A stretch of DNA of 31,072 bases from an uncultured Spirochaetales bacterium (GTDB lineage Bacteria > Spirochaetota > Spirochaetia > SP-2023 > CAYRNA01), in NCBI GenBank assembly GCA_964488175.1, contig CAZATZ010000001.1, forward strand, positions 1-31,072, in the 5' to 3' direction. This document shows positions 6,553-15,895 of this stretch, in pieces. How positions within the stretch are numbered: the first letter of the stretch is position 1; each line of letters starts with the position of its first letter. The notes beneath the pieces were generated by a model. The model saw nothing but the letters and a program-made list of their open reading frames with translations. It ran no database searches and was not told the origin of the DNA. The translations under genes and the position numbers were made by a program.

Positions 6553-6578
6553 ACATATTCACTCGACATATTCACTCG
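6553..6578. repeat. Perfect 13-bp tandem duplication
   Basis: ACATATTCACTCG at 6553-6565 and 6566-6578. Confidence 0.9.
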
Positions 6579-6776
6579 TTATTCGAATGAAGTCACCACA
6601 CTAGTATTGTAGAAAAAATATCTTTAAAACCAACCTAACTAGCTAAAAAGACCTTCGTCCCACACTTTTATTGCCTAAACAAAAAGACTTACCAACCAGT
6701 GTTCTACTCATTCTACCATTTTTTAACTTTTTTGGGAAGGAGGTACTCTACCGTGAGAGAGACAAAACGAAAAATA

Positions 6777-6792
6777 TGCAATATTTGCACCA
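6777..6792 (-). promoter_or_regulatory. Possible second sigma54 -24/-12 element facing the beta-barrel gene
   Basis: Minus strand TGGTGCAAATATTGCA has correct GG/GC spacing and TTGCA, but TGGTGC replaces TGGCAC; about 565 bp upstream of ATG 6212. Confidence 0.35.
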
Positions 6793-7230
6793 TCTAAAAA
6801 AAATATTTCTTATGAGAGATATAATGAAGAATGACAATGCACAAAAGAAATCAAGTGACGCAATACCATGAAAAAAATAAAGAGAGAGATGAGAAAATTC
6901 GCAGTACACAGGTGAAAGGGTAAAGAAATCCCGCTATAACTTAAGAATTTAGAGGTGTGAAGACAACTTTCGTCTTCTGCATTGCCTATTTGAACAACGA
7001 GCAAAACCAGAGAGTAAAGCTTCAAGCTCTCACTATATCAAAGATATATATGGGAACGACGTATATCGGCGATACATATGAGAAAAGAATTTTATCGGAA
7101 ATTAAAAAAACGAAAAGTTCACATTGAAAAAAAAGAAATTTCTTAAATTCGCACCTTGTGGAAAATTTTCCAAAGAAAAAAACGACACAGACAACAAAAA
7201 GATTGAATCAAACTCATCAATATTAGCTCA

Positions 7231-7288
7231 AAAAAATCCCTTGAAGGTCATTCTCAGAGTGTTGCCATTTCTAAAATTTCAACACTCT
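7231..7288 (-). terminator. Probable terminator of the ribosomal protein/alpha operon
   Basis: 9-bp inverted repeat AGAGTGTTG/CAACACTCT (7256-7264, 7280-7288) about 20 nt after the rplQ stop, followed by a short hairpin and a T7 run on the minus strand. Confidence 0.55.
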
Positions 7289-7309
7289 CACAAGATTGAT
7301 AAAAAATCT

Positions 7310-7714
7310 CTACTCGCTCTCACTCGTTTCAACTTCTTCGTTTTCGGTAGGAAGAATGTAGCGATCGACTAATTCAAGATAAACCATCTCGGTACTATCC
7401 GCAGCTCGCTTACCAAGCTTCAGAATACGAGTATATCCACCAGGTCGTTCGCTATAAGAGGGTGCTATCTCTGTAAAAAGTTTATGCAGAATAGAGCGAC
7501 TCTGAATCTCCTTGGCAACGATCCGTCTGGTATGAACAGAGTCTACTTTGGCCTTTGTTATAATCTTTTCAATAAACCGGCGAATCTCCTTCGCCTTTGT
7601 CTCGGTCGTCTTAATCCTCTCGTGCTGAAAGAGAGAGAGAGCCATATTTCTTTTGAGTGCCTTACGGTGGCTCGGTTTACGATCCAGCCGATTAAATCCA
7701 ATTCTATTATGCAT
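7310..7714 (-). CDS. rplQ: 50S ribosomal protein L17
   Basis: [20 protein letters not shown]...[13 protein letters not shown]...[12 protein letters not shown]; follows rpoA. Confidence 0.98.
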   Translation of the reverse strand: MHNRIGFNRLDRKPSHRKALKRNMALSLFQHERIKTTETKAKEIRRFIEKIITKAKVDSVHTRRIVAKEIQSRSILHKLFTEIAPSYSERPGGYTRILKLGKRAADSTEMVYLELVDRYILPTENEEVETSESE

Positions 7715-7716
7715 TT

Positions 7717-8820
7717 CTATTCACCTTTAGATTTTTTTTGCTGTCTCTCAAGCTCTAAACGAGCTCGAATACTCTCTTTCAAGGCAGCGTAGTCGGTTAA
7801 TCCCAAGTATAAACCACGCTCTCGTAATTTATCTTTTATTTCCATCAAAGATTTTTTTCCAAAATTTTTCGTCCGTGCAATCTCTTCGTCTGTTTTCTTA
7901 ACGAGATCACCCAAGGTAAAAATACTGGCATTTTTTAAACAGTTATTGGATCTAACAGAGAGCTCTAACTCTTCAACTGGGGTAGCGAGGAGTGCCTTAA
8001 CCATCACCTCTTCTTCGTCAAATCCTTTATCGACAACCACCAATGACTCATCAAAATTGATGAAAGGATCCAGCCCCTCTTTTAAAATTTTTGCCGCTCG
8101 TCCAACTGCATCCGTTGGTGAGAGCGTTCCATCCGTCCAAACTTCGAGAATCAACTTATCGTTATCGTTACGGTTTCCAACCCTATGGTCTTCTGTCGTG
8201 TAACGAACCCTCTTAACAGGAGAAAAGAAGGCATCAAGAGGAATGACTCCCACAACGTCTATATATTTCTGATTGACTTCCGAGGGAACGTATCCCCGCC
8301 CCCAATCAATCTGAATATCAATCTCTAAATCAGCTTCAGGCATCGCAGTAAAAAGTTCCTGCTCTTTATTGGTAACAATAATGCCATTCTTCTCTAGGAG
8401 AGCACCCGTTGCAACTCCCTTCCCTTTCCAACCAACTGTAATTGTCATCTCTTCTTTATCATCTGGCAGTGCAAGAGATAATTTTTTTAAATTATTAATA
8501 ACAATGGCTGTATCTTCTACGACGTAAGGAATAGGCTCATATTCGCTGGAAATTCCTACGCTAGGACCAACAAGGTTGCCCCCTGCATCCAATACTTTTC
8601 CAGATCCTTTTTCGCTAAAAGAGGTTATCTTAATCGCTGAAACGGCGTATCCAGGAATAGAAGAGAGTAAGGCTCTGCGAAGTGAATTACCAACCGAATG
8701 CCCAAAACCTCTTTCAAAGGGAGCGGCTTCAAATTTCCCGTATTTATCATCAGATTCTAGCGTTGAAAAAACAACGTTACTAGGTCTTTTAAATCCTTTT
8801 AGCAGATTCTTTTCGGTCAT
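7717..8820 (-). CDS. rpoA: RNA polymerase alpha subunit
   Basis: [61 protein letters not shown]. Start set at ATG 8820 (AGGGAG 6 nt upstream). Confidence 0.98.
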   Translation of the reverse strand: MTEKNLLKGFKRPSNVVFSTLESDDKYGKFEAAPFERGFGHSVGNSLRRALLSSIPGYAVSAIKITSFSEKGSGKVLDAGGNLVGPSVGISSEYEPIPYVVEDTAIVINNLKKLSLALPDDKEEMTITVGWKGKGVATGALLEKNGIIVTNKEQELFTAMPEADLEIDIQIDWGRGYVPSEVNQKYIDVVGVIPLDAFFSPVKRVRYTTEDHRVGNRNDNDKLILEVWTDGTLSPTDAVGRAAKILKEGLDPFINFDESLVVVDKGFDEEEVMVKALLATPVEELELSVRSNNCLKNASIFTLGDLVKKTDEEIARTKNFGKKSLMEIKDKLRERGLYLGLTDYAALKESIRARLELERQQKKSKGE

Positions 8821-8987
8821 TACCAACTCCCTAACCTTTAGTACTTATCACTCAGTATATAGATAAATCGATCCTCACAAAATCAGATTTCGATTTAAAA
8901 GAAAGAATTTCAGCGATAGTGAAACCCCCTCAAAAATTCTTAGTTGGCCTCTTTTTTCAAAAGAACCACGCAAGAGAATCGTCTTTT

Positions 8988-9362
8988 CTATATTCTTCGA
9001 CTCTTTTGGGGTCGACATCCATTGTGAGGAATGGGTGTCACATCACTGATTGAAAGAACTCTTAATCCAACACTACCTAGAGCACGGATAGCAGCTTCTC
9101 TACCCATACCAGGCCCTTTCACATAGACGTGTACTGACTTTAATCCCTGATCCACTGCCGGTCGCAATGCCGTTTCCGATGCCAATTGAGAGGCGTAGGG
9201 CGTTGACTTCTTAGCTCCTTTAAAGCCAAGAGTTCCAGAACTACACCAAGAAATGGTCGCACCCGATAAATCGGTAACAGTGATCATTGTGTTATTAAAA
9301 GTCGCCTGTATGAAAACCTTTCCCTCAGAGATCGACTGCTTGTGTTTCTTCGCCTTAGCCAA
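8988..9362 (-). CDS. rpsK: 30S ribosomal protein S11
   Basis: [47 protein letters not shown] start with AGAGGGG SD. Confidence 0.98.
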   Translation of the reverse strand: MAKAKKHKQSISEGKVFIQATFNNTMITVTDLSGATISWCSSGTLGFKGAKKSTPYASQLASETALRPAVDQGLKSVHVYVKGPGMGREAAIRALGSVGLRVLSISDVTPIPHNGCRPQKSRRI

Positions 9363-9486
9363 AAGTTTTCCCCTCTACTAACCAAGAGAGACCCTTTTAA
9401 AAAGGATCATTCACATCAAGTTTCCTCGGTCTCTCTGATTCAATAATAACGATTTTGTAACCACCATCCTCTAGGGACATCGGGTT

Positions 9487-9515
9487 ATCTTATTTATAAA
9501 ATTTCTTCTTGTCAA
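9487..9515 (-). promoter_or_regulatory. Internal sigma70-type promoter upstream of rpsK
   Basis: Minus strand TTGACA (9515-9510), 17-nt spacer, TAAGAT (9492-9487). Confidence 0.65.
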
Positions 9516-9572
9516 ACTCGATAAACAGGGTTTGAAGATAACGCAAACCATATTCTGTTCGAGATTTTTCGC

Positions 9573-9941
9573 TTAAGCCTTCTTCTTGTTGGCTATCGCA
9601 ACGCCTTTCCCTTTTCGTGTTCTAGCGTTAGTCTTCGTTTTTTGTCCACGAACAGGGAGACCCTTTCTATGTCGCAGACCACGATAGCACGCAATATCGA
9701 TAAGTCGTTTGATATTGAGACTAACCTCACTACGGAGAGCCCCTTCTACCCGATATTTGGCATCAATTAGCTGCTGAATCGCTCTTATTTGCTCGTGCTC
9801 TAAACCTGAGGTCTTTGTCACGGGATCAATCTTAAGCTCTTCGCAGATCTTTAAGGCAGTCGTTCTGCCGATTCCGACAATGTAAGTAAGAGCAATTCCG
9901 ATATTTTTACTTGGTAGGTCGACACCTGAAATTCGTACCAC
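9573..9941 (-). CDS. rpsM: 30S ribosomal protein S13
   Basis: [52 protein letters not shown] start with AGGAG SD. Confidence 0.98.
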   Translation of the reverse strand: MVRISGVDLPSKNIGIALTYIVGIGRTTALKICEELKIDPVTKTSGLEHEQIRAIQQLIDAKYRVEGALRSEVSLNIKRLIDIACYRGLRHRKGLPVRGQKTKTNARTRKGKGVAIANKKKA

Positions 9942-9953
9942 AACAACTATCTC

Positions 9954-10067
9954 CTACTTCTGTCTCTGTTTGTGCTTTGGGTTTTCACAGATAACTCGGA
10001 CAACGCCTCGTCGTCTAATCACCTTGCACTTATCACAAATCGCTTTTACACTCGCTCGAACTTTCAC
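9954..10067 (-). CDS. rpmJ: 50S ribosomal protein L36, Zn-ribbon type (not in the supplied ORF track)
   Basis: Manual translation from GTG 10067: [40 protein letters not shown] at 9954-9956. Confidence 0.97.
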   Translation of the reverse strand: MKVRASVKAICDKCKVIRRRGVVRVICENPKHKQRQK

Positions 10068-10105
10068 AACCTATCCCCTTCAACTCTACCCATACTTCTA
10101 TTAAT

Positions 10106-11437
10106 TTACAAATTTCTCGAACGGATTCTACCCTTTTTCAAAAATCCGTCATAATTATGTGTTTTTAAATGCCCTTCAATCTGGGACATCGTATCCAACT
10201 CAACCCCAACCATAATCAGCAAGGACGTTCCACCCATAAGAAAAGCGACCTGAGCGGGGAAATTGAATAGCTTAACGATGATAGCGGGAACAATAGCTAT
10301 CATGGCCAAAAAAAGAGCCCCTGGCAATATAATCCGGTTTAAAACTTTCGAAAGATAACTCTCTGTATTCTCCGAACGAATTCCTGGAATGGTTCCGCCG
10401 TTCTCTCGGATTCTTCTGGCAATCTCTACTGGGTTGGCCGAAACCATCGTATAGAAATAGGCAAAAAAGACAATCAAAAGAGTGTACGTTACCATGTAGG
10501 GAAACCCGAGAGGGTTTAACAGGGCGTTCAACCAGAGAAAACGTCCTCCTCCAGCACCCGATAATAGCTGTACTGGTAATTGGAGCAAGGCGGAAGCAAA
10601 AATGACGGGAATAACTCCCGAGGGATTTATTTTAAAAGGAATATACGCATTCTGTCCGTCGTACATCTTTCTACCGACGATCCGCTTCGCATAATGAACT
10701 GGAATCCGTCGCTGTCCCTGCTGCTCATAAACTACCGCTACGATCACAGCGACATAGACAAGAAAGACAATCACAAGGAAGACTGGATTTAACTGACTCC
10801 CTCGAACACTTGCTCCTAGAAGACCCATGGCATTAGGAATTCTTGCGATAATACCAACCGCTATAATAATTGAAACACCGTTTCCAACTCCTCTGGCGGT
10901 GATTTGTTCACCCATCCAGACCAAGAGCAGAGTTCCAACGGTAGCGATAAAAACGAGTAAGAGGATAAATTGCCACGTAACCCCTCCACCACCTATGATC
11001 ACGCTAGGAAACTGTTCTGCTATCTGTCGAATATACCAAATCACTGGAATCGACTGAACAAAACAGACAAGAACAGTACCAAACCGAGTAAACTGCTGAA
11101 TCTTTGCTCGTCCCCCATCATCTTCAGAGATCGCCTTCAAAGAAGGAATCAAAACAACAAGAAGTTGCATAATGATGGATGTGGTAATGTAGGGAAATAT
11201 ACTGAGCATGAAAATAGAGAAATTTGCAAACGCACCGCCTGAAAAAAAGTTAAAGTAGTCGACGATCGTCTGACCAGTAGAGGAGCCTTGGCTCCGAAAA
11301 TAGTCATCCAATACGGATGCGTTTAATCCAGGAACTGGAATAAACGTTCCCATGCGATAAACGATCAAAACGACAATTGTATAAATGACACGTTGTCGCA
11401 AATTAGGAGTTCGAAAGATGTCTAAAAAAGAGGCCAT
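10106..11437 (-). CDS. secY: Preprotein translocase subunit SecY
   Basis: VYRMGTFIPVPG, FSIFMLSIFPYITTSIIMQLL, GEQITARGVGNGVS, IPVHYAKR, GVIPVIFASA, GGTSLLIMVGV; TAATG overlap with rplO. Confidence 0.98.
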   Translation of the reverse strand: MASFLDIFRTPNLRQRVIYTIVVLIVYRMGTFIPVPGLNASVLDDYFRSQGSSTGQTIVDYFNFFSGGAFANFSIFMLSIFPYITTSIIMQLLVVLIPSLKAISEDDGGRAKIQQFTRFGTVLVCFVQSIPVIWYIRQIAEQFPSVIIGGGGVTWQFILLLVFIATVGTLLLVWMGEQITARGVGNGVSIIIAVGIIARIPNAMGLLGASVRGSQLNPVFLVIVFLVYVAVIVAVVYEQQGQRRIPVHYAKRIVGRKMYDGQNAYIPFKINPSGVIPVIFASALLQLPVQLLSGAGGGRFLWLNALLNPLGFPYMVTYTLLIVFFAYFYTMVSANPVEIARRIRENGGTIPGIRSENTESYLSKVLNRIILPGALFLAMIAIVPAIIVKLFNFPAQVAFLMGGTSLLIMVGVELDTMSQIEGHLKTHNYDGFLKKGRIRSRNL

Positions 11438-11904
11438 TACTCGCTTTTACTCTCCGTGGGATTTAGCATCTCAACACTACCGCCCGCCTCCTTGATCATA
11501 AGTGCAGCCCCTTCAGAAATGAACGATACTTGGAACGTCAACTTCTTTTTCAGCTCGCCACCACCCAAAATCTTGAAAGATTTCTCGCTCTTTTTCAAAA
11601 TTCCACACTGGACAAGAGAATCAAAATTGACCGTATCACCCTCAGCAAAGTTCTTTTCGATAAGAGGTAATTTAACGATGGTATACACTTTTTTGAAAGG
11701 ATGGTTAGAAAAACCGCGTCTAGGCAAACGACGATAAAGGGGCATCTGACCCCCTTCAAAACCGATTCTTACCTTTCCGCCAGAGCGAGCCTTCTGACCC
11801 TTAACTCCACGTCCAGCCGTCTCTCCCCAACCAGAGGACTGACCTCTTCCGACTCGTTTTCTTCGTCGGGTTGCACCTTTAGGAGCTCTTAATTCTATAT
11901 TCAT
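11437..11904 (-). CDS. rplO: 50S ribosomal protein L15
   Basis: RVGRGQSSGWGETAGRGVKGQKARSG, GFEGGQMPLYRRLPRRGF. ATG 11904 preferred over GTG 11907 for SD spacing. Confidence 0.97.
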   Translation of the reverse strand: MNIELRAPKGATRRRKRVGRGQSSGWGETAGRGVKGQKARSGGKVRIGFEGGQMPLYRRLPRRGFSNHPFKKVYTIVKLPLIEKNFAEGDTVNFDSLVQCGILKKSEKSFKILGGGELKKKLTFQVSFISEGAALMIKEAGGSVEMLNPTESKSE

Positions 11905-12092
11905 CACGACTCCTTAATCTGAATCAAATGGGAAATTCGTTTGAGCATACCACGAACGACTGGTGTATCGGGCTTCTCAACCACCTTCCCAATCTTTGTC
12001 AAACCAAGAGCTACCGCTGTTCGTCTCTGCTTAGGCTTGACCCCAATTGTACTCTTAATTAAAGAGAATTGAATCTGTCTCTTTTCTGCCAT
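11904..12092 (-). CDS. rpmD: 50S ribosomal protein L30
   Basis: IQFSLIKSTIG...TAVALGLTKIG...DTPVVRGML; start set at ATG 12092, just after the rpsE stop. Confidence 0.95.
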   Translation of the reverse strand: MAEKRQIQFSLIKSTIGVKPKQRRTAVALGLTKIGKVVEKPDTPVVRGMLKRISHLIQIKES

Positions 12093-12094
12093 GA

Positions 12095-12595
12095 TCAACC
12101 CCAAATTTCTTGGACAGATTTTCCTCTGGCCTCGGCAATACTTTTAACGTCATAGAGTGAAGAGAGTCCTTCAAAGACCCCTTTCACGGTATTGATTTTG
12201 TTACGACTTCCTTGGGACTTACAAAGGATATCCTTAATTCCTGCTGCTTCAAAAACAGCACGAGCGGCTCCCCCTGCAATAACTCCCGTTCCTGGTGCTG
12301 CTGGCTTAATCAAAATCGAAGAGCTCTTATAGCGACCAGTCACTTGGTGTGGAATGGTATTTTTACTTCTGATGATCTTAATCATGCTTTTTTTTGCCTT
12401 ACTGGAAGCCTTTCTAATCGCCTCAGTAACGTCGTTTGCCTTTCCAAAGCCGTACCCTACGGAGCCGTTACCATCACCTGTGACAACAAGGGCAGAAAAT
12501 GACATATTCCTTCCCCCTTTCACAGCCTTTGAGACACGATTCAATTGAATCATATGTTCAATAAAATCTTTTTCGCCCTCTTTAAAGCTTCCCAT
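12095..12595 (-). CDS. rpsE: 30S ribosomal protein S5
   Basis: [44 protein letters not shown]. Confidence 0.98.
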   Translation of the reverse strand: MGSFKEGEKDFIEHMIQLNRVSKAVKGGRNMSFSALVVTGDGNGSVGYGFGKANDVTEAIRKASSKAKKSMIKIIRSKNTIPHQVTGRYKSSSILIKPAAPGTGVIAGGAARAVFEAAGIKDILCKSQGSRNKINTVKGVFEGLSSLYDVKSIAEARGKSVQEIWG

Positions 12596-12606
12596 GTACC
12601 CCTCTC

Positions 12607-12966
12607 CTAGAATTGAATTCCTACTGAACGAGCACCATCAGCGAAAGCCTTAACAACGCCGTGATACTTATACCCATTTCTGTCAAAGACAACACTTTTT
12701 ACCTTCGCTTTTTTCAGTCGGCCTGCTATCTCTTTTCCCATCGCCTCGCCTGCGCTCAGCCCTTTGCCTAAAGATCGAAATTCTTTCTCGTATGTTGAAA
12801 CCGAAAGAAGAGTCTTCTGTTCTACATCATCAATTACTTGAGCGATCAGATTTCGATTACTCTTATAAATGGTCAATCGCGGAATACTCTCTGTTCCAGA
12901 GAGACGCTTTCTTATGTGCATCTTTCTCTGCTTGCGAGTTCTTTTTTTTCTCTCTAAACGATTCAT
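12607..12966 (-). CDS. rplR: 50S ribosomal protein L18
   Basis: PRLTIYKSNRNLIAQVIDD, VVFDRNGYKYHGVVKAFADGAR. Confidence 0.98.
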   Translation of the reverse strand: MNRLERKKRTRKQRKMHIRKRLSGTESIPRLTIYKSNRNLIAQVIDDVEQKTLLSVSTYEKEFRSLGKGLSAGEAMGKEIAGRLKKAKVKSVVFDRNGYKYHGVVKAFADGARSVGIQF

Positions 12967-12977
12967 TTAACGCCCCT

Positions 12978-13523
12978 CTATTTTAGGCCAGCTTTTCCTA
13001 CCTTGCGTCGGATCTGTTGATCGGCATACTTGATCCCCTTGCCTTTATACGGTTCTGGCGGGCGTAGTGAAACAATTTCACTAGCACATAAACCGACTTT
13101 TTGTTTGTCGATTCCGCTTACCACAACAACCGTTCCCCCCTTGCCTTCAACAGCTAAGGTTATCCCTTGAGGGGGTTCATACTCAATCTGTGTCGAATAC
13201 CCTAAGTTAAAGAGTAGATTACTCCCTTTTGGCTCTGCGCGATATCCAACTCCATTGATCTCTAAAGTTTTTTTGAAGCCATCACTAACTCCAATCACCA
13301 TATTATTCAGTAAACTACGATACAATCCGTGCATCGCTCTTGTCTCTTTGGCGTCATCTAATCGTTTAACGACTAAATTCTCACCCTCAAGCAAAAATTC
13401 TACTTTAGGTTTATACTCTTGGGTTAACTCACCCTTTGGCCCTTTAACCGCAACGATATCACTTTTAATATCAACAGAAACGCCTTTGGGAAGTATAATG
13501 GGAACTTTTCCTACTCTAGACAT
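12978..13523 (-). CDS. rplF: 50S ribosomal protein L6
   Basis: MSRVGKVPI, VKGPKGEL, HGLYRSL, GVGYRA, RPPEPYKGKGIKY. Confidence 0.98.
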   Translation of the reverse strand: MSRVGKVPIILPKGVSVDIKSDIVAVKGPKGELTQEYKPKVEFLLEGENLVVKRLDDAKETRAMHGLYRSLLNNMVIGVSDGFKKTLEINGVGYRAEPKGSNLLFNLGYSTQIEYEPPQGITLAVEGKGGTVVVVSGIDKQKVGLCASEIVSLRPPEPYKGKGIKYADQQIRRKVGKAGLK

Positions 13524-13532
13524 CTCTATCTC

Positions 13533-13934
13533 CTACCAAATTTTACAAATGAGCTCGCCACCAACACTTAGGCCTTTGGCTTTTCTTCCTGTCATCACAC
13601 CCTGCGAGGTCGAAACAATTAACGTTCCTAAACCATTTAAGATGCGAGGCATCTCGGCACAACCAGTGTAAAACCGTCTTCCTGGGGTTGAGATCGACTG
13701 TAAATCGTGCAAAACCGCCTGCTCACCTTTGTCGTACTTTAAAAAGAGAAGAATTTCATCGAAATTTCCACTTTTTTGTACCTCAAACCGCTCTACATAT
13801 CCCTCTTCTACCAAGATCTCAACGATTCGTTTCTTCATTTTTGAGACAGGTTTGATAGAAACAGTTTGCAACTTTGCCCGATTTGCATTACGAATTTTTG
13901 TTAACATATCCGCAACGGGATCAGAAACACTCAT
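13533..13934 (-). CDS. rpsH: 30S ribosomal protein S8
   Basis: DPVADMLTKIRNA, ISTPGRRFY, GLGTLIVSTSQGVMT, GGELIC. Confidence 0.98.
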   Translation of the reverse strand: MSVSDPVADMLTKIRNANRAKLQTVSIKPVSKMKKRIVEILVEEGYVERFEVQKSGNFDEILLFLKYDKGEQAVLHDLQSISTPGRRFYTGCAEMPRILNGLGTLIVSTSQGVMTGRKAKGLSVGGELICKIW

Positions 13935-13950
13935 GAAATACCTCTTCCTT

Positions 13951-14136
13951 CTACCAACTCGATTTTGTTATTCCAGGAATATAGCCCTTCGATGCCAACT
14001 CCCTAAAACAGATACGGCACAATTGAAATTTTCGCATATATCCACGTGGACGTCCGCAACAACGACAGCGGTTCACTTTTCTGGTTGGATATTTCGGCTC
14101 TCTTTGAGCCTTCACGATCAACGATTTTTTCGCCAT
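13951..14136 (-). CDS. rpsN: 30S ribosomal protein S14, short Zn-binding (type Z)
   Basis: 61 aa with [10 protein letters not shown] and [10 protein letters not shown]. Confidence 0.97.
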   Translation of the reverse strand: MAKKSLIVKAQREPKYPTRKVNRCRCCGRPRGYMRKFQLCRICFRELASKGYIPGITKSSW

Positions 14137-14147
14137 ACTAAAAGTTC

Positions 14148-14711
14148 CTATACCCGCTCAAAAGGCATTCCCAATCCAGAAAGGAGAGAGAAAGCTTCTT
14201 CATTATTCTTTGCCGTCGTTGAAAAGGCAATATTCAAACCTCTTACCTGTGCAATCTTATCGTAACGAATCTCAGGGAAGACGATCTGTTCCTTTATTCC
14301 TAAAGAGTAATTACCATTTCCGTCAAACGATTTTCGTTTGACACCCCTAAAGTCTTTTACTCGAGGGAGGGCAATCGCCACAAGTCGATCCAAAAATTCG
14401 TACATTCTATCACCACGAAGAGTAACACTAGTCCCGATCAACATTCCCTCTCGTATCTTAAAATTGGAAATTGATCTTTTCGCAGCGTTTCGAATCGGTT
14501 TCTGCCCAGTGATAATACTCAGCTCTTCCACCGCCGACTCTAATAATTTTTTATCTTTAGAAGCATCACCGACTCCCATACTTACCACAATTTTTTCAAT
14601 CTTTGGTACTTGCATGAGACTAGTGTAAGAGAACTCCTTCCTTAAGGCAGGAACGACTTTCTCATAATAAGACTTCTTTAGCCTCGGTGAATCATCCTTT
14701 TTTTTAGCCAT
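14148..14711 (-). CDS. rplE: 50S ribosomal protein L5
   Basis: [48 protein letters not shown] 14711 overlaps the end of rplX. Confidence 0.98.
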   Translation of the reverse strand: MAKKKDDSPRLKKSYYEKVVPALRKEFSYTSLMQVPKIEKIVVSMGVGDASKDKKLLESAVEELSIITGQKPIRNAAKRSISNFKIREGMLIGTSVTLRGDRMYEFLDRLVAIALPRVKDFRGVKRKSFDGNGNYSLGIKEQIVFPEIRYDKIAQVRGLNIAFSTTAKNNEEAFSLLSGLGMPFERV

Positions 14712-15027
14712 CAATTACTTCCCCAAAATTTTTCGCAACGCGGCTCTTGTTTTTCCCGTCGACCTTGATTCCCAACCGGCTTTTTCCTTTCTCTGAAAGG
14801 TACATAACATTGGAAATATGAATCGGAGCCTCGATCTCTATAATCTCACTCTCTTCACTCTCCGAGCGTCTTTTCTTTGTTTTTTTGACAAGATTACACC
14901 CTTCGATGTAGACTCTGGATTTAATCGGATCAAATCGCAAGATTCGTCCCGACCTTCCTTTCTCTCCTCCAGCGATAATTTCAACTAAATCGCCTTTCTT
15001 TAATTTTGTTACAATCTTTGGTTTCAT
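14704..15027 (-). CDS. rplX: 50S ribosomal protein L24
   Basis: [31 protein letters not shown]. Confidence 0.97.
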   Translation of the reverse strand: MKPKIVTKLKKGDLVEIIAGGEKGRSGRILRFDPIKSRVYIEGCNLVKKTKKRRSESEESEIIEIEAPIHISNVMYLSEKGKSRLGIKVDGKNKSRVAKNFGEVIDG

Positions 15028-15029
15028 CT

Positions 15030-15398
15030 CTACAAAACCTCCGGAGCTAAAGAGACAACTTTCATGAAGTTGACCTCTCTCAATTCTCGTGCAACGGGAC
15101 CAAAAACGCGTTTCCCGACGGGTTCGTGTTTCGCATCAAGGATAACACAAGCGTTGTCATCAAACCGAATATAAGAACCATCACTTCTTCGATACTCTTT
15201 ACGGACTCGAACAATGACAGCACGTCGGACATCACCCTTCTTAATTGGCCCGTTAGGAACGACCTCTTTAATCGCAACGACGATAATATCTCCGACGGAG
15301 GCGACTCGACGTCTCGTTCCACCCAGTACCTTGATACACTGAACGACCTTGGCACCGGAGTTGTCTGCTACATTTAAGTAAGTATTATCTTGTATCAT
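15030..15398 (-). CDS. rplN: 50S ribosomal protein L14
   Basis: [44 protein letters not shown]. Confidence 0.99.
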   Translation of the reverse strand: MIQDNTYLNVADNSGAKVVQCIKVLGGTRRRVASVGDIIVVAIKEVVPNGPIKKGDVRRAVIVRVRKEYRRSDGSYIRFDDNACVILDAKHEPVGKRVFGPVARELREVNFMKVVSLAPEVL

Positions 15399-15403
15399 GC
15401 CAA

Positions 15404-15670
15404 CTACCTCGCCTTCTCGAGAATGTCAATTAACATCCACTTTTTTTCCTTGCTAACAGGACGACATTCACGAATTCTGACAGTATCACCTAAGTGTGCG
15501 CTGTTTTCGGGGTCATGAGCCTTATACTTCTTTGTTCGCGTGACGTATTTTTTGTATAAAGGATGAAGCCTCTTTGTCTCAATTTGAACGACAACGGTCT
15601 TATCCATCTTCTCACTCGTCACTAACCCTGTAAACTCTTTTTTATTTGTCTTTTTGACAGTGTCAATCAT
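15404..15670 (-). CDS. rpsQ: 30S ribosomal protein S17
   Basis: [42 protein letters not shown] 15670 preferred over TTG 15673. Confidence 0.97.
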   Translation of the reverse strand: MIDTVKKTNKKEFTGLVTSEKMDKTVVVQIETKRLHPLYKKYVTRTKKYKAHDPENSAHLGDTVRIRECRPVSKEKKWMLIDILEKAR

Positions 15671-15682
15671 CAATAAAATCCC

Positions 15683-15889
15683 CTACCCTTTATCTCGGTT
15701 CGAGTCAAGTTCATACTCTCGCAAAAGAGTATTGATTCGAGCAATGCCCCTGCGTATTCCCTTGAATTCACGGACATTTACGACATGTCCCATTACCGAA
15801 TCGAAGCGTAAATCGTGTTGTCGCTTCTCAAGTTCAATCTTTTTATCCTTAAGCTCGCCAGAACTCAAAGAGCGTAACTCTTTTAACAT
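15683..15889 (-). CDS. rpmC: 50S ribosomal protein L29
   Basis: ELRSLSSGEL...LRFDSVMG...IRRGIARINTLLRE; lies between rplP and rpsQ. Confidence 0.95.
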   Translation of the reverse strand: MLKELRSLSSGELKDKKIELEKRQHDLRFDSVMGHVVNVREFKGIRRGIARINTLLREYELDSNRDKG

Positions 15890-15895
15890 CCCTTT

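Noticed and set aside
1-6578. CRISPR array suggested by the repeats
   Set aside because: The repeats are either contiguous without spacers (5, 11, 13 and 15 bp) or only two copies 3.1 kb apart; no cas genes are present.
6213-7309. tRNA, SRP, 6S, tmRNA or known riboswitch downstream of rplQ
   Set aside because: I found no T-loop/CCA cloverleaf, SRP GGAA/CAGG loop or recognisable aptamer consensus by eye.
6671-7372. Short ORFs 6671-6871 (+), 6810-7025 (-) and 7124-7372 (+)
   Set aside because: TTG starts without convincing SDs, AT-rich biased composition, mutual overlap or overlap with rplQ, and no motifs.
9394-9427. Hammerhead ribozyme in the rpsK leader (GAAA and CUUGAUGU-like words)
   Set aside because: The core CUGAUGA is not matched and the three-stem topology is not formed.
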